Shown here piece by piece: positions 62,641 through 64,000 of a stretch of DNA of 64,000 bases. The translations under genes were made by a program, and so were the position numbers. The notes under the pieces were generated by a model that saw only the letters and a program-made list of their open reading frames with translations, was not told the origin of the DNA and did no database searches. This DNA is from an uncultured Alphaproteobacteria bacterium (GTDB lineage: Bacteria > Pseudomonadota > Alphaproteobacteria > Rhizobiales > Xanthobacteraceae): positions 49,742-113,741 of the forward strand of contig CAVWPH010000012.1 in NCBI GenBank assembly GCA_963756805.1. The letters run 5' to 3'. Position 1 is the first letter of the stretch. Every line of letters starts with the position of its first letter.

Positions 62641-63811
62641 ATGGCTCGATCATCCGCAGCCTTGAGACGCCCGCCGGAAAAGGAGCTGCCCTCCACGCCG
62701 GCGGGCGTCTATGTCGACGACGCCACCGAACTGCTCGGCGTGGTGGTCGAGCATGAGCGCCGGCGCGGGCGAGGGGCCCAGAGCAACGCCTCCGGCCGCT
62801 ACGAGCCGCTGGCCCGCATCGCCTTCGACGACGGCTGGCGCTCGCTCGACGAGCTGCCGCCGTTCAAGACCCAGGTCACGGTCGACGCCACCCGCAAGGT
62901 CATTACCCGCAACGAGTCGCCCGATATCGGCTTCGACCGCTCGATCAATCCCTATCGCGGCTGCGAGCACGGCTGCGTCTACTGTTTTGCCCGCCCGACC
63001 CACGCTTATTTGGGCCTGTCGCCCGGGCTCGACTTCGAATCCAAGCTGTTCGTGAAGCCGGAGGCGGCCGAGCTTCTGCAAAAGGAACTGGCGGCGCCCG
63101 GCTATTCGCCCAAGGTGATCGCCATCGGCACCAATACCGACCCCTATCAGCCGATCGAGCGGCGCTACAAAGTCATGCGCCGCATTCTGGAAGTGCTCGA
63201 CCGCGCCGGCCACCCGGTCGGCATCGTCACCAAGTCGGCGCTGGTGCTGCGCGACCTCGACATCCTGGCGCGCATGGCCGAGCGCAACCTCGCCAAGGTC
63301 GCGCTGTCGGTGACCACGCTCGATCCGGAACTGGCGCGCAAGATGGAGCCGCGCGCGGCAACGCCCATGCGCCGCCTGGAGACGCTGCGGCGTCTTGTTC
63401 AGGTCGGCGTGCCGGCGACCGTGATGGTGGCGCCGGTGATCCCGGCGCTCAACGACATGGAGATCGAGCGCATTCTTGAAGCGGCGCACGCCGCCGGCGT
63501 GAAGGAAGCGGGCTACGTGCTGCTGCGCCTGCCGCTGGAGGTGCGCGACCTGTTCCGCGAATGGCTGATGGCGAATTATCCCGACCGCTGCCGCCACGTG
63601 TTCAAGCTGATCCGCGACATGCGCGGCGGCAAGGATTACGACTCCACCTGGGGCAAGCGCATGAAAGGCACCGGGCCTTATGCCTGGATGATCGGGCGGC
63701 GTTTCGAGATGGCTTGCGAGAAGCTGGGCTTCAACGAGAACAAACTTTCGCTCTCGCACGGCGCATTTCCGCGCGCCCAAGGCGGACAGCGGGCAGCTGA
63801 GCCTGTTCTAA
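62641..63811 (+). CDS. PA0069/Rv2578c family radical SAM protein (frameshift near 63756; absent from the ORF track)
   Basis: Read manually: MARSSAALRR..RGRGAQSNASGRYE..SINPYRGCEHGCVYCFARP..GTNTDPYQP; ends GQLSLF* in the shifted frame. Confidence 0.9.
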
Positions 63812-63881
63812 TTTCAGTCATCCACACGCAAAGCACACTCCGCATTGACTTGAACGCCACGAGGGGCATTGCTTGCCCATC

Positions 63882-64000
63882 ATGGCCCGCAAGCCAAAGC
63901 CCGTCCTCACGCCTGCCGCTCAACGAGCCGATCTTGCGCCCGACCTTCCGGCGCGAGCGGCGCGCGCTCAACAATGGGATCTGGCCGGTAGCGGGCTGCG
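63882..64000 (+). CDS. rnhB: Ribonuclease HII, N-terminal part (runs off window end; frameshift near 63912)
   Basis: RPTFRRERRALNNGIWPVAGC, matching the segment before the DEAGRG motif in rhizobial RnhB. Confidence 0.7.
   Translation, partial: MARKPKPVLTPAAQRADLAPDLPARAARAQQWDLAGSGL

Noticed and set aside
62641-64000. Open frame joining the radical SAM gene to RNase HII
   Set aside because: The natural QLSLF-stop end and a separate rnhB ATG at 63882 exist in other frames, and the linker looks like intergenic DNA. Two indels explain it, though reads should confirm.

Overview
GC-rich alphaproteobacterial chromosome segment. Gene content and repeat families point to Hyphomicrobiales, probably Pseudolabrys/Xanthobacteraceae or Nitrobacteraceae (inference). 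It is mostly core or semi-core genes: phosphonate-type ABC transporter, egtB-egtD, an aromatic/organic-acid catabolic patch (gentisate-type dioxygenase, TAXI-TRAP, SDRs), mbfA, a MoxR-DUF58-BatA/vWA cluster, cca, hemF, trmL, petABC, mtnP, apt, htpX-lemA, smc, dsbA, mutY, ccrM, moaB, an SOS-box radical SAM gene and the start of rnhB. About 20 genes, including petA and hemF, carry small frameshifts. These look like long-read consensus errors and also create several false fusions. I saw no tRNA, rRNA, CRISPR array, transposase or prophage. Best leads: (1) an islet at 22.5-25.5 kb with an atypical Crp/Fnr regulator, a perfect ATATGAT-N4-ATCATAT palindrome, two exported Met/His-rich proteins and a Gly/Tyr/Gln/Met repeat protein behind a FixK box; (2) a candidate sigma-EcfG-driven sRNA with a C-rich loop at 46.7-46.8 kb; (3) an alpha/beta hydrolase lacking its catalytic serine; (4) REP-like palindromes, one nested and one inside the mutY 5' end; (5) G-to-A changes at would-be GANTC sites that may be a CcrM methylation footprint in the reads.
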